DNA from: an uncultured Chthonomonadaceae bacterium
GTDB lineage: Bacteria; Armatimonadota; Chthonomonadetes; Chthonomonadales; Chthonomonadaceae
Direction: 5' to 3'
NCBI GenBank assembly: GCA_963817895.1
Contig: CAWFQB010000003.1
Location: forward strand, 256,001 to 320,000
DNA length: 64,000 nt
Part shown: positions 1-9,725 of the stretch, in pieces
Layout: each line of letters begins with the position of its first letter
How positions within the stretch are numbered: position 1 is the first letter of the stretch
The notes under the pieces: generated by a model
The model's database searches: none
What the model was told of the DNA's origin: nothing
The model's input: only the letters and a program-made list of their open reading frames with translations
Position numbers and translations under genes: made by a program

Positions 1-862
1 ATCCGATATTATCGGCGGACTTGCGGCGCGATTGGCGCGCGTTCCTGTAATCTGGCATGTGCGGGATCGCATCGAAACCGATTATCTGCCGCGTCCCATC
101 GTGCTGCTGTTTCGCAATCTGTGTCGCTTTGTGCCTGATTATATTATCGCCAATTCCACGGCAACTCTGAAAACGTTGCACCTGCCGTCCAGTCGCCAGG
201 CTTCCACCGTTTACAGCGGCGTGAGCGCGGAGCGCGGGCGCGTGGTGCATGACGGCGTGGCTCCCGCCGCCTTTTCACAGGAACATATCGGAAACTTCTC
301 ATGTCCGGTTGTCGGGCTGATAGGACGCATCAGTCCGTGGAAAGGGCAGCATATCTTTGTGGAGATGGCCGGACACGTCCACGCCCGCTTTCCCGACGCG
401 CGTTTTCAAATTTGCGGTTCGCCCCTGTTTGGCGAAGAGGCTTACGAAGCCGAAGTGCGCGCGCAGGTCGGGCGATTGGGGCTGGAGGATTGCGTGGAAT
501 TTCTCGGATTTCGCTCCGACGTGTACAGCGTGATTCAGAAAATGGATATTGTAGTGCATGCGTCCACGACGGGGGAGCCGTTCGGGCAGGTGATTGTGGA
601 GGGCATGGCCGCAGGCAAGCCCGTGGTGGCGACGCGGGGCGGCGGCGTACCCGAAATCGTCGAGGATGGTGTGACGGGACGGCTGGTTCCGATGAACGAT
701 GTGCCGGCAATGGTTGCGGCGGTTCTTGATCTGCTTTCCGATCCCAAAGCCGCTCACGCGATGGGACAGGCCGGCTATCAGCGCGTACAGGAACAGTTTA
801 CCATCGAACACAGCATTCGGCGCGTGGAAAGCATTTATGACAGCATTCTAGGAAGGGAGTAG
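1..862 (+). CDS. GT4 glycosyltransferase (5' truncated by window edge)
   Basis: GRISPWKGQ and EPFGQVIVEGMAAGKPVVAT...GGVPEIV, the GT-B/GT4 E-x7-E signature. Confidence 0.9.
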   Translation, partial: SDIIGGLAARLARVPVIWHVRDRIETDYLPRPIVLLFRNLCRFVPDYIIANSTATLKTLHLPSSRQASTVYSGVSAERGRVVHDGVAPAAFSQEHIGNFSCPVVGLIGRISPWKGQHIFVEMAGHVHARFPDARFQICGSPLFGEEAYEAEVRAQVGRLGLEDCVEFLGFRSDVYSVIQKMDIVVHASTTGEPFGQVIVEGMAAGKPVVATRGGGVPEIVEDGVTGRLVPMNDVPAMVAAVLDLLSDPKAAHAMGQAGYQRVQEQFTIEHSIRRVESIYDSILGRE

Positions 863-942
863 GGAGTAGGGGGTAGGGAGTAGGAAAAGCGTTGTTCCAC
901 TTGTGCAGCGTCCTACTCCCTACTCCCTACTCCCTACTCCCT
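854..942. repeat. Inverted heptamer-array hairpin element (GGGAGTA)n...(TACTCCC)n, copy 1
   Basis: Arms at 854-884 and 912-942; the left arm contains the GT4 stop codon; internal core AAAAGCGTTGTTC. Confidence 0.9.
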
Positions 943-954
943 GCATGTAAGACT

Positions 955-1860
955 ATGCCGGAAATTACGGTTGGTTTCAAAACCGATGTCGGGCGCGTTC
1001 GGACGCTGAATCAGGACAGCCTGGCGGTCATGTCCGCAGCAGAATTGAAGGGGCGGGCGGAGGGATTGTTTATTGTCGCCGATGGCGTGGGCGGCAACCG
1101 AAGGGGCGGGGAGATTGCCAGCCGTATGGCCGTTCAAATCGTCACGGAGGCGATCCGCGCCGCATTGACTACAGCCGACACTCTGCCCCCGCCCGCGCTG
1201 GAAGAGCTGATCGCGTCGAGCCTGAAAGCCGCCAACGCCGCGGTGTGGCAGCAGGGAAAGCGCGTGTATGAACAGCAGGGCATGGGAACCACCTGCGTCC
1301 TGGCGCTGGCGCGAGATGCGGACCTGATTATCGGGAACGTGGGGGATAGCCGCTGCTATCTGCTGCGCAATGGCTATTTGGATCAGATCACCAACGACCA
1401 CGCCTTTCTGGATATGGGCCGGGGTTCGCGCGCCTCCGAGGACCAGTCGGGAAGCCGCCTGCAATTTCGGCATGTCATGACACGCGCCATCGGGTACGCC
1501 AGCGTTGTCGAGCCGGAAGTGGAAGCGTTTCGCCTGCGGGAAGGCGACGCGCTGCTGCTGTGCAGCGACGGTCTTACCAAACAACTCGACCAGGCCGAGA
1601 TTGCCGCGCTTGTGGCTGTCCGCGAAGCGCCCCAGGCGATTTGTGAGAAGCTGGTGGCCGCTGCCAACGCGAAAGGGGGCGACGACAACATCACCGTGAT
1701 TGTGGCGCATTATGGAAGCGTTCCACTCGCGCATACTCCGGCGACCGATCCTGCCGGGGCAGCCTGCGCAGTCAAAACGGGCGATGCGGATAGCGTTACT
1801 GCCGGTCCACGCGTGAATTCGTGGCGCAGGCGGCTGCGACGCCTGCTGAAACACCGATAA
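955..1860 (+). CDS. PP2C/PPM family Ser/Thr protein phosphatase (Stp1/PrpC-like)
   Basis: TDVGRVR..NQD, VADGVGG, GMGTT, NVGDSRCY, LLCSDGL and GGDDNIT motifs; ATG at 955 follows the repeat. Confidence 0.93.
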   Translation: MPEITVGFKTDVGRVRTLNQDSLAVMSAAELKGRAEGLFIVADGVGGNRRGGEIASRMAVQIVTEAIRAALTTADTLPPPALEELIASSLKAANAAVWQQGKRVYEQQGMGTTCVLALARDADLIIGNVGDSRCYLLRNGYLDQITNDHAFLDMGRGSRASEDQSGSRLQFRHVMTRAIGYASVVEPEVEAFRLREGDALLLCSDGLTKQLDQAEIAALVAVREAPQAICEKLVAAANAKGGDDNITVIVAHYGSVPLAHTPATDPAGAACAVKTGDADSVTAGPRVNSWRRRLRRLLKHR

Positions 1861-1962
1861 TCCGGCGCATACCCGCATTTATACTGTTATAACCATTGCC
1901 AGTAAACCGGTGACGAAAAAAAATTAGAAAATAATCTGCCAATCCGCTTATTTTAAGGCTAG

Positions 1963-1980
1963 TTGGCATGAATTATGCAA
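1963..1980 (+). promoter_or_regulatory. Putative sigma54 (-24/-12) promoter
   Basis: TTGGCATGAATTATGCAA has GG and GC at canonical sigma54 spacing, about 80 nt upstream of a PEP-CTERM gene. Confidence 0.6.
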
Positions 1981-2057
1981 TAATTAAATATGTCCTCTCA
2001 GCCAGACATCGCATTCCGAAGCGATGCGTTTCACTTGACCCTTGAAGGAGACCTTGA

Positions 2058-2927
2058 ATGATCCGTCACGTTCGACATTTATTTACCGGCATTGCTCTAG
2101 CCGCAGCCCTTTCCTGCGCCGTCTTTGCTTCCGCCCAGACCATCTACGTTTCAACAGGCGCTACCGGAGGAACGACCGGCACTCTGGGGACCATTACGAC
2201 ATCGGGCGTATTTACCCCCATTGGCATAACAAGCGTACAGTTGACCGCCCTCGCGTTCTCTCCCACTGGCGTTTTGTACGGGGCAGGAACGGATGCGACA
2301 ACCGGCGCAGTCACTCTTTATACCGTGAATCCGACTTCAGGTATGCTCACCCAGGTTGGCTCCACAGGCCTGGGCAACCTCGCGCAGGGAGATCAGGCGA
2401 ACGGCCTGGCATTCAGCCCCGGCGGCATTTTGTACACGGTGGACGCGAATTTCGCCGGGTTTCCCAACGGATCCAGCAGCCTGTATACCGTTAATACCAG
2501 CACGGGCGCGGCGACTCAGGTTGGACCAGTCGGTAACCTCTCTCAGGGCACTATCGGCTTCGACGGCAGCGGCAACCTGTATGAAATCAACAACCAACTC
2601 ACCCCGAACCGTTTTGATATACTGGACCAGGGGACGGGAGCCGGAACGCAACTCGGTAACACCGCGTTTACGGATGTCTTCGGCCTGGCGTTTTCAAATG
2701 GCGCGCTTTACGGCTTTGCCAACGTGAACAACCGGGTCATCACTATCAACACTGCCACCGGCGTAGGCACATCGGTAGCCACGTTTAACACGGGCGGCAC
2801 CGGCATAATTCTTGCCGCGACCCCGTTCGTGTCCGCTGTTCCCGAACCCTCCACGCTGGCCCTGCTGATGAGCATGGGCGTGGCCGGCACAAGCGTGTTC
2901 CTGCGCCGCAAGCGCGCGACCGCGTAG
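2058..2927 (+). CDS. PEP-CTERM surface protein with beta-propeller-like repeats
   Basis: Signal peptide, repeated LAFSPxGxLY...LYTVNxxTG blades, C-terminal VPEPST-TM-RRKR; RBS GAAGGAG. Confidence 0.92.
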   Translation: MIRHVRHLFTGIALAAALSCAVFASAQTIYVSTGATGGTTGTLGTITTSGVFTPIGITSVQLTALAFSPTGVLYGAGTDATTGAVTLYTVNPTSGMLTQVGSTGLGNLAQGDQANGLAFSPGGILYTVDANFAGFPNGSSSLYTVNTSTGAATQVGPVGNLSQGTIGFDGSGNLYEINNQLTPNRFDILDQGTGAGTQLGNTAFTDVFGLAFSNGALYGFANVNNRVITINTATGVGTSVATFNTGGTGIILAATPFVSAVPEPSTLALLMSMGVAGTSVFLRRKRATA

Positions 2928-2967
2928 CTGCCATGCGTTTCAACCGTGTGGCGCGGTATCCTTCCTG

Positions 2968-3014
2968 ACAGTCACAGGCCAAGAGTAATATTCGGCCTGT
3001 GACTGTTTGTTGTT
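2968..3014 (+). terminator. Intrinsic terminator-like hairpin
   Basis: 13-bp stem ACAGTCACAGGCC/GGCCTGTGACTGT followed by TTGTTGTT. Confidence 0.65.
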
Positions 3015-3024
3015 ACTGGGAACT

Positions 3025-3924
3025 ATGGCTGTTCTGGAAGAGGAAAATGCAAAACCCGTTGCCCTATCCGCAGGCAAAAGGGGCATAGCGACAACAGGGC
3101 GCGGCGACGCTTCCTGTTGGCTGTTGTTGGGCGCGCTGCTCGCCCTGTACGCGCCGGTCGTGTGGGAAACGGCGCATATCTGGCTGACGGACGAATACGC
3201 GGCGCACGGCTTTTTGATACCGTTTCTGGCCGGCCTGCTTGTCTGGTGGCGGCGGGAGGAACTTGCGAGGGTCGGGCGCGGCTGCCACTACGGGGGATTG
3301 TTTTTCATTGCCGTCGGACTGCTGCTGGAGATGCTGGCGTGGTATGCCCGTATTCGGGTATTTGCCATGCTGTCGCTTGTGCCGGTCCTGCTCGGCCTGT
3401 CGCTGCTGCTTGGCGGAATTCGCGTGACGCGCATCCTGCTGTTTCCGATTCTGTTTCTCGGTTTTGCGGCTCCCCTGCCTATCTGGCTGGTGCAGCCGGT
3501 CAGCTTCCCCATTCAAAACCTGTCGTGCCGCGCCGCCGCCTGGAGCGTGCAGCAGATGGGCGTGCCGGTGTCGCAGGAGGGATTTACCGTCGGGCTGACC
3601 AATGGCAGCGCGGTCGAAGTGGCCGAGGAGTGCAGCGGCTTCAAGAAAACGCTCACCGTCACCGTGTTCGCCTGCTTTTATGTGTCGCTGTTTGAGATAC
3701 CTTTCTGGAAGCAGGGCGTTTTCACGCTGCTGGCGATGCCGCTGGCGATTGTGGCGAACATTATACGGGTCGCGGGCTTGATACTGGCCGCCAATACCTG
3801 GGGCATGTCGGGCGTTCACCGGCTGCATGGCATGGCCGATCCATTCGTCGTATGCCTGTGCTTTGCGCTGCTGCTGTGGGCGGGGAGAGTGTTGGGATGC
3901 CGAAAACTGCGCTACTCCGGTTAA
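3025..3924 (+). CDS. Exosortase (EpsH family)
   Basis: Multi-TM protein with YAAHGFLIP, VAEECSG (catalytic Cys), ANIIRV (Arg) and LHG (His). Confidence 0.92.
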   Translation: MAVLEEENAKPVALSAGKRGIATTGRGDASCWLLLGALLALYAPVVWETAHIWLTDEYAAHGFLIPFLAGLLVWWRREELARVGRGCHYGGLFFIAVGLLLEMLAWYARIRVFAMLSLVPVLLGLSLLLGGIRVTRILLFPILFLGFAAPLPIWLVQPVSFPIQNLSCRAAAWSVQQMGVPVSQEGFTVGLTNGSAVEVAEECSGFKKTLTVTVFACFYVSLFEIPFWKQGVFTLLAMPLAIVANIIRVAGLILAANTWGMSGVHRLHGMADPFVVCLCFALLLWAGRVLGCRKLRYSG

Positions 3925-4586
3925 CCCTTTCCGGTCTGCTGCTGCTGGCCTGCCTTGTCAATCACGCGCTGCCCCGCATGCCAACGCCCCGTCTGCGCGT
4001 GGTTCCCATTGAGGATATGCCGCGCCAGGTGGGAACGTGGACGTGTACAGAGGAGTTGCCGATTGAGGCCAAAGTGCGCGCGGTGTTGCCGGACGCCGCC
4101 TTTTTGTCCCGCGTGTATCGCGACAACCGGGGCCGAACCGCGCAGTTGTTTCTGGAAACCTCACAGGACGCGCAGATGTTCCATTCGCCCACGCAGTGTA
4201 TGCCCGCGCAAAACTGGAACATTCTGAATACGCGCCGGGTGGATATTCTGCCGGACGCGGCGGGCAAAATGACTGCCGGAAGTTCTGCGCGGAGGGCTTC
4301 AGATACCGGGGGGCCTGATCCGGGCGAAGTCGGCGGCTCGGCGGCTACGGAGATGGACATGCAGAGCGGGGAACAGAACATGCTCCTGCTGTACTGGTAC
4401 AACACGGAGCGCCAACTGGACAAATGGCAGGCGCTGAAAACCAAACTGCTTTCCGGTCGCCCTCAAACGCGCCTGTTCGCCCGGATTCTGGTTCCCGCAT
4501 CCGAGGATTTTACCCCGGCTGCGCAAACCGGGCGGGACTTCGCGCAGGCGTTGCTGCCGGCCCTTGCCCAACTGGAAAAACAGTGA
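3897..4586 (+). CDS. Exosortase-associated EpsI family protein
   Basis: N-terminal anchor, SRVYRD, FHSPTQCMPAQNW and LLYWY motifs; overlaps the exosortase stop. Confidence 0.85.
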   Translation: MPKTALLRLTLSGLLLLACLVNHALPRMPTPRLRVVPIEDMPRQVGTWTCTEELPIEAKVRAVLPDAAFLSRVYRDNRGRTAQLFLETSQDAQMFHSPTQCMPAQNWNILNTRRVDILPDAAGKMTAGSSARRASDTGGPDPGEVGGSAATEMDMQSGEQNMLLLYWYNTERQLDKWQALKTKLLSGRPQTRLFARILVPASEDFTPAAQTGRDFAQALLPALAQLEKQ

Positions 4587-4811
4587 AGCCTTTTGGCTTC
4601 GTTCCTCCTCACCCCTTTCCCAATGTTGTGACAGGGTGGGCAGACGCGCAGGAAAATGGGTACGGAAGTACCCTGCGTGGAAGCCGGGCGCGAAAACCGG
4701 TACATCTATCACCGTAAAACATGCGGTGTTCGGGCGCAACCCCTACCCATTTGCGCGATTGTATGATATTATTTATAGGATACCGGCGCAAACGGCGCGC
4801 CCGCGCCGGTT

Positions 4812-5909
4812 ATGATTTTGAAAGAGCCATTCGCAGTTATGGAATCGCCTGAACCATCTCCCGTTTCTCCATCCCAACCCGGCGCGCTGCCCCCGATTTC
4901 GGGCTGGCTTGAGCCGGTGGATGAGAGTGAATATTACGAAGAGGAAGTGCCAATTGATCCGCCCCTGACCCCGAAAGTCAGGCGCGTTATCGCGCTTCTT
5001 CTGATTGCCGCGCTGCTGGTGGGCGGCGCGACCGGCGCGCTCCTGACGCGGCAGCGCTACCGGGGCAGGCAGGTCGTCGCTTCCGTGAACGGCGTCGTGA
5101 TAGAGGAACCGGACTTTTTGCATCGCATGGAGATGGAAACGGGGAACAACACCCTGCGCCAGATGGTTTCGGAAGAATTGCAGCTGCAATATGCGCGCAA
5201 ACTGGGCGTGTACCCCTCCGATGCCGATGTGATGGCGCGTTATGAACAGATGAGCGCGCAGCCCAACTTCGGGCAATATCTCACGTCCACCCGCCAGACG
5301 CCCGCCGACGTGCTGCACACGATTCGTGTCACGCTGGCCGCCGACGGGCTTGTCACCAAAGGCGCTATCGTCAGCGATGCCGAAGTTCGCGCCTATTACG
5401 ACCAAAATGCCGATAAGAACAATCCGCAGGCGCGATACTACACGCCCAGAACGGTATCCATTGAAGTCGTGAAAACCCGTTCGCAGGCGAAAATCAATCA
5501 GGCCGCGGCGGAACTTGCCAAAAACGCGCCATTCGCGCAAATCGCGGCGAAATACAGCGAGGATGCGAGCCGCGCTTCGGGCGGCGTTCTGCCTCCTGTC
5601 CCTTACGGGCGCACCCCCTCCACGCGGGTCACGGGCGCGCAGGATAGAGTGTTCGGTCTGCAAATCGGCGAACAGATGGGGCCAATACAGATGGCCGGTT
5701 TCTGGTGGATTATTCGCTGTCTGGATAAAAAACCGGAAACCCTGCGCTCCTTTGAAGAGGTAAAGGACGAGTGCCGCCACAACGTCCTGATTGCCAAAGG
5801 ACTGCCCGCCAACGGCGAAAAAGTGCGCGAAAACTATCGCAAGTTCATGCAGGACGCCAACATACGCGCCTTCTGGCCGCAGTACAAACGCATCATCGGA
5901 GGGAAGTAG
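4812..5909 (+). CDS. Membrane-anchored PrsA/SurA-like parvulin PPIase
   Basis: Single TM, VVASVNG, FAQIAAKYSED..S...GGVL rotamase-like motif. Confidence 0.8.
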   Translation: MILKEPFAVMESPEPSPVSPSQPGALPPISGWLEPVDESEYYEEEVPIDPPLTPKVRRVIALLLIAALLVGGATGALLTRQRYRGRQVVASVNGVVIEEPDFLHRMEMETGNNTLRQMVSEELQLQYARKLGVYPSDADVMARYEQMSAQPNFGQYLTSTRQTPADVLHTIRVTLAADGLVTKGAIVSDAEVRAYYDQNADKNNPQARYYTPRTVSIEVVKTRSQAKINQAAAELAKNAPFAQIAAKYSEDASRASGGVLPPVPYGRTPSTRVTGAQDRVFGLQIGEQMGPIQMAGFWWIIRCLDKKPETLRSFEEVKDECRHNVLIAKGLPANGEKVRENYRKFMQDANIRAFWPQYKRIIGGK

Positions 5910-5980
5910 GGAGTAGGTTGTAGGGCGTGGGGAGTAGAACAAGGCTTTTCCTACTCCCTGCAACCTACTCCCTACTCCCT
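5900..5980. repeat. Inverted heptamer-array hairpin element, copy 2
   Basis: GGGAGTA and TACTCCC arms around core GAACAAGGCTTTT (5937-5949); overlaps the PPIase stop. Confidence 0.88.
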
Positions 5981-6002
5981 GCATTTAAGGTTTAAGCAAC
6001 AC

Positions 6003-8286
6003 ATGTCGGAAGAGTTTTCCACGCAGGCTTCGGAAATATCGCTGCGAGATTATGCGGATCTGCTGCGTCGGCGCAAGTACATCGTGCTTCAAACGTTTGT
6101 ACTCGTGCTGATGGTCGGAACCATAGTCACGTTTCTGACCAAACCCACGTATCGCGCCGGGGCGCGGATTCTGGTGGAGGGCCGGGAATTCACCGTTGCC
6201 CAGTACAACACCTCCGATCCCCTGAGCAGCCTGTTCATGCCGGACGCGGGGCATGACATCGCCACTCAGATCGAAGTGCTGCAAAGCGCCCGCGTGATGA
6301 ACGATGCGTACAAAGAGGCCGGGATCACGCCTGCCGACGCGCGTGTGGACATCAAGCAGATCGGCGCGACGGACGTGATTGAAATCCTCACCGAGTCCAA
6401 CAAGACGGATTACGCCGAGCGTATGGCGCAGGTGCTGCCCGACATCTACCTGAAATACATGACGGGCAACCGCAAACACGAAGTTGTCAACGCGCTTGAA
6501 TCGTCGCGGGCGTCGCTGAATGAGGAGAAGCAGAAACTCAGCCAGGCGGAAGGCGACATTCAGCGCTTCAAGCAGAACACCCATCTGCCGGACGTGACGC
6601 TGGACAAGGCGCAGCGAATCAGCGCGGCGAACGTGGCGGAGGGCGAAGTGAAACGCGCGCAGACCGATGTGGCTTCGGCAACCGCCCGACTGACCGCGCT
6701 TCAGGCCGACCGCCAGCGCCAGCCCGATGTTATCGAAACCCCGACGACAACGACCAACAACGCGGCCCTGTTCGCCGCGCAGGAACGTTTGACACAGCTG
6801 CGCAACGAGCGCGAACGCCTGCTTGCCGGGTACAAGTCCGGCAGTTTTGAAATCAATCAGGTGGACACGCAGATCGCGCAGGCCGAACTACAGCTGAAAA
6901 ACACGCCCGCCGCCGTAACCAGCGTAACCCATGCGCCAAACCCCGTGTTAAGCGGTTACGACCAGAAGATTTCCGACGCGCAGGCGACGCTGGACGCGGG
7001 GCAGGCGCAGCTGGCGAAAGCGCAGAGTCAGTCGCGGGAGGCAACCGCCGCGCTTGGTAAATTCAGCAAGCTAGATCGGCGGCAGGCGGAACTACAGCGG
7101 TCGCTGGATGAACACCAGTCCAATGTCAAAACCCTGACCGCGACCGTGCAAATGCTGGACCTGCGCGACAAAGCCTCGCACGATCCCTTGATGACCATCA
7201 CGCCCGCCGGCCCCGCCGTACAGGTGGCCCCGCGCCCGGTTATCAACATGGTGTATTCGGCGGTTGTGGGCCTGATACTCGCGCTGGGGCTTGCCCTGTT
7301 GCAGGAGTTCATGGACGACCGGGTCAATTCGCCCGAAGACGCGCGGCGGATGCTGGATACCCCGGTGTTGGGCTACGTTCCCCTGATTGAAAAAGAGGAG
7401 GGGCGGCTGCTCAGTCAAACCCGCAGCAACGGCGCGATTCTGGAAAGCTACCGCGTGGTTCGCTCCAATGTGCAGTTCGCCACGCTCGGCTCGCAGGTGT
7501 GTTCCCTTCTCGTCACAAGCACGGTTCCGGGCGAAGGCAAGTCCGTGACCGCTACCAATCTCGCGATTGCGATGGCGCTGGACGGCAAAAAGGTGATCCT
7601 TGTGGATGCCGACCTGCGCCGCTCTACCAGTGCATCAGAAATTCGATGTGCCGCAATCTCCGGGCCTGACCAACGTGCTTATCGGGCGCACCTCGCTGGA
7701 AGCTGCCCTGCGCGATACGGAATTTCCCGGCCTGCGCCTGCTGACAGCCGGACCGCAGCCGCCCAACCCGGCGGAACTGCTCAATTCCGAACCCATGCAG
7801 CGGATACACGAGCGGCTCAAAGAGTACGCCGATGTGGTGATTTACGACAGCCCGCCCTGTCTGGCGACAGCGGACGCGCAGGTGCTTTCCGCGTCGGTTG
7901 ACGGCGTGATGTACGTGATTCAACTGGGCGAAACCAAGAAATCGGGCGTCCGCCACGCGATGGAACTGCTGCATCAGGCCCACGCCAACGTACTGGGCGT
8001 GATCTTCAACAAGGTGCGCCCCAACGGCAAGCAGAGCGGCTACTACGATTACTATGGCTACTACGGCTACTACGGCAGCGTTTACGGCGAGGACGGCGCG
8101 CGCAAGCGCGTGAGTTCCGAATTTGAAGCCCTGCTTGCCGATGGCGAGGCCGAGCCGCCGGAAGTGGCGGCGGCGATACTGCCCCCCGCGGAACTGCGCC
8201 CCAATGACAATTCGGATGCCGGACCCGATGTAAGACCCGGCGAAAGCCGAACCAGAAGCCGCAAGGGCGGGGGAAAGGAAGACTGA
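6003..8286 (+). CDS. wzc: Wzc/GumC chain-length regulator-tyrosine kinase (frameshift near 7620)
   Basis: ISLRDY N-terminus, two TMs around a coiled coil, Walker A STVPGEGKS, VDADLRR; the second frame gives PPNPAELL, DSPP and the Tyr cluster YYDYYGYYGYY. Confidence 0.9.
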
Positions 8287-8287
8287 C

Positions 8288-9591
8288 ATGTCGCGATGCC
8301 GCCGGGCGGAATTCTCCGCCGTGCTTGTAACCGGAGTTTTCCTTGTCCTGCTGGTTCCGGCGCATGGCGAAGACACGCCCAAAACCGCGCCTGCTCCGTC
8401 CCCCGTAGCCGCTCCAAAAGCAACGCCGCGAGACGGGACAAAAACGGCGGACAAAACGACAAAAGATACTCCTGCCGCAAAGGATACCGGCGCGGTTCCC
8501 CCGGCCCTGCTGAGTACATTCTGGGAGCGGACGACGTAATTGAAATGAGCGTCAGCCACCATGTTGACCTGAACCGCCAGATGACCATTCTGCCGGATGG
8601 CAAAATCACCCTGCCCGACCTGGGCGATTTTCAGGCGTCCGGCAAGACCCGGCGCGAACTGGCGGCGGAGATTCAGGCCGGCTATGAAAAAACGCTGAAC
8701 AACGCGAATGTCACTATCATCGTGCGCGAATCGCGTTCGCGCAAGGTGGGAGTGACCGGCGGCGTCCATGCGTCCGGCTATTATGACCTGAAACAAAATT
8801 GGCGATTGATGGATTTGATCGCTTCGGCGGGCGGACTGAGCGGCAAACCCAATCGTATTAAAGGACGGCTACTGCGCAATCTGAAAACCGTTACCCTGGA
8901 TGTGGAACGCGCCAACGCCAAACCGGACGACGAACAGGCCAACATGACGCTTCAAGCGGGCAACATCGTGCTGCTGGACGAGCTGCCGCCATTGCATGAT
9001 GAGGTGTCCGTGCTGGGGCAGGTGGCGCATATCGGCACGTATAATCTGGACGAGCATACCACGCTGATCACGCTGATTACGCAGGCGGGCGGGCCGTCGG
9101 AACGCGCTGCCCTGAAGAAAGCCTATGTGCGCCGGGGCAACACGCAAATTCCGCTCAACCTGCGCCCCTCGCTGGCTCTGAACCAAACCGACGAGAAAAT
9201 TACCAATTTTAAGCTGGAAGCGGGCGACGTGCTGATAATCCCCGAAATCGAGCAGCGTTACGCCGTAATGGGGCAGGTGGCGCGTCCCGCCTACTATCCG
9301 ATCCCTGAAAAAGGCCCGGTCAACGTTTTTGAAGCGTTCAACTTCGCGGGCGGGCAACTGCCGAGCGGAGATTTGTCCAAAGCGGGTATCATACGTATGG
9401 TGGACGGCAAGCCGACCGTCATTAAAGTGAACATGAACAACGTGCTGAAAAAGCCCGAAACCGCCATGAACATCACGTTGCAGCCGGAGGACGTGCTGAT
9501 GGTTCCCCTGCGCGGCCAGCGCGGCCTGACCATTCAGGATGCCCTGTCGCCACTTTCGGTTCTAAGTTTATTCGGATTACGATTTTTCTAG
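8288..9591 (+). CDS. Wza-like polysaccharide export protein with SLBB repeats (frameshift near 8500)
   Basis: Signal peptide in the 8288 frame; EYILGADDVI...PDGKITLP and three VxVxGxVxxxGxY SLBB units in the 8296 frame. Confidence 0.87.
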
Positions 9592-9725
9592 GAAAATTTT
9601 AATATCTTCTCACTACTCTCTGTGTTAGTTTGGCGGACGCGCGAGGCGCCGCCAATATCGTTCCTGTACGCGGACGGCTCGGATGCGCGAGGCACCGGGC
9701 GGAAGGCGACGGAAAGGACACGAAT

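Noticed and set aside
7600..8540. Programmed frameshifting or phase variation in wzc and wza
   Set aside because: No convincing slippery site or long homopolymer; similar indels occur throughout the window
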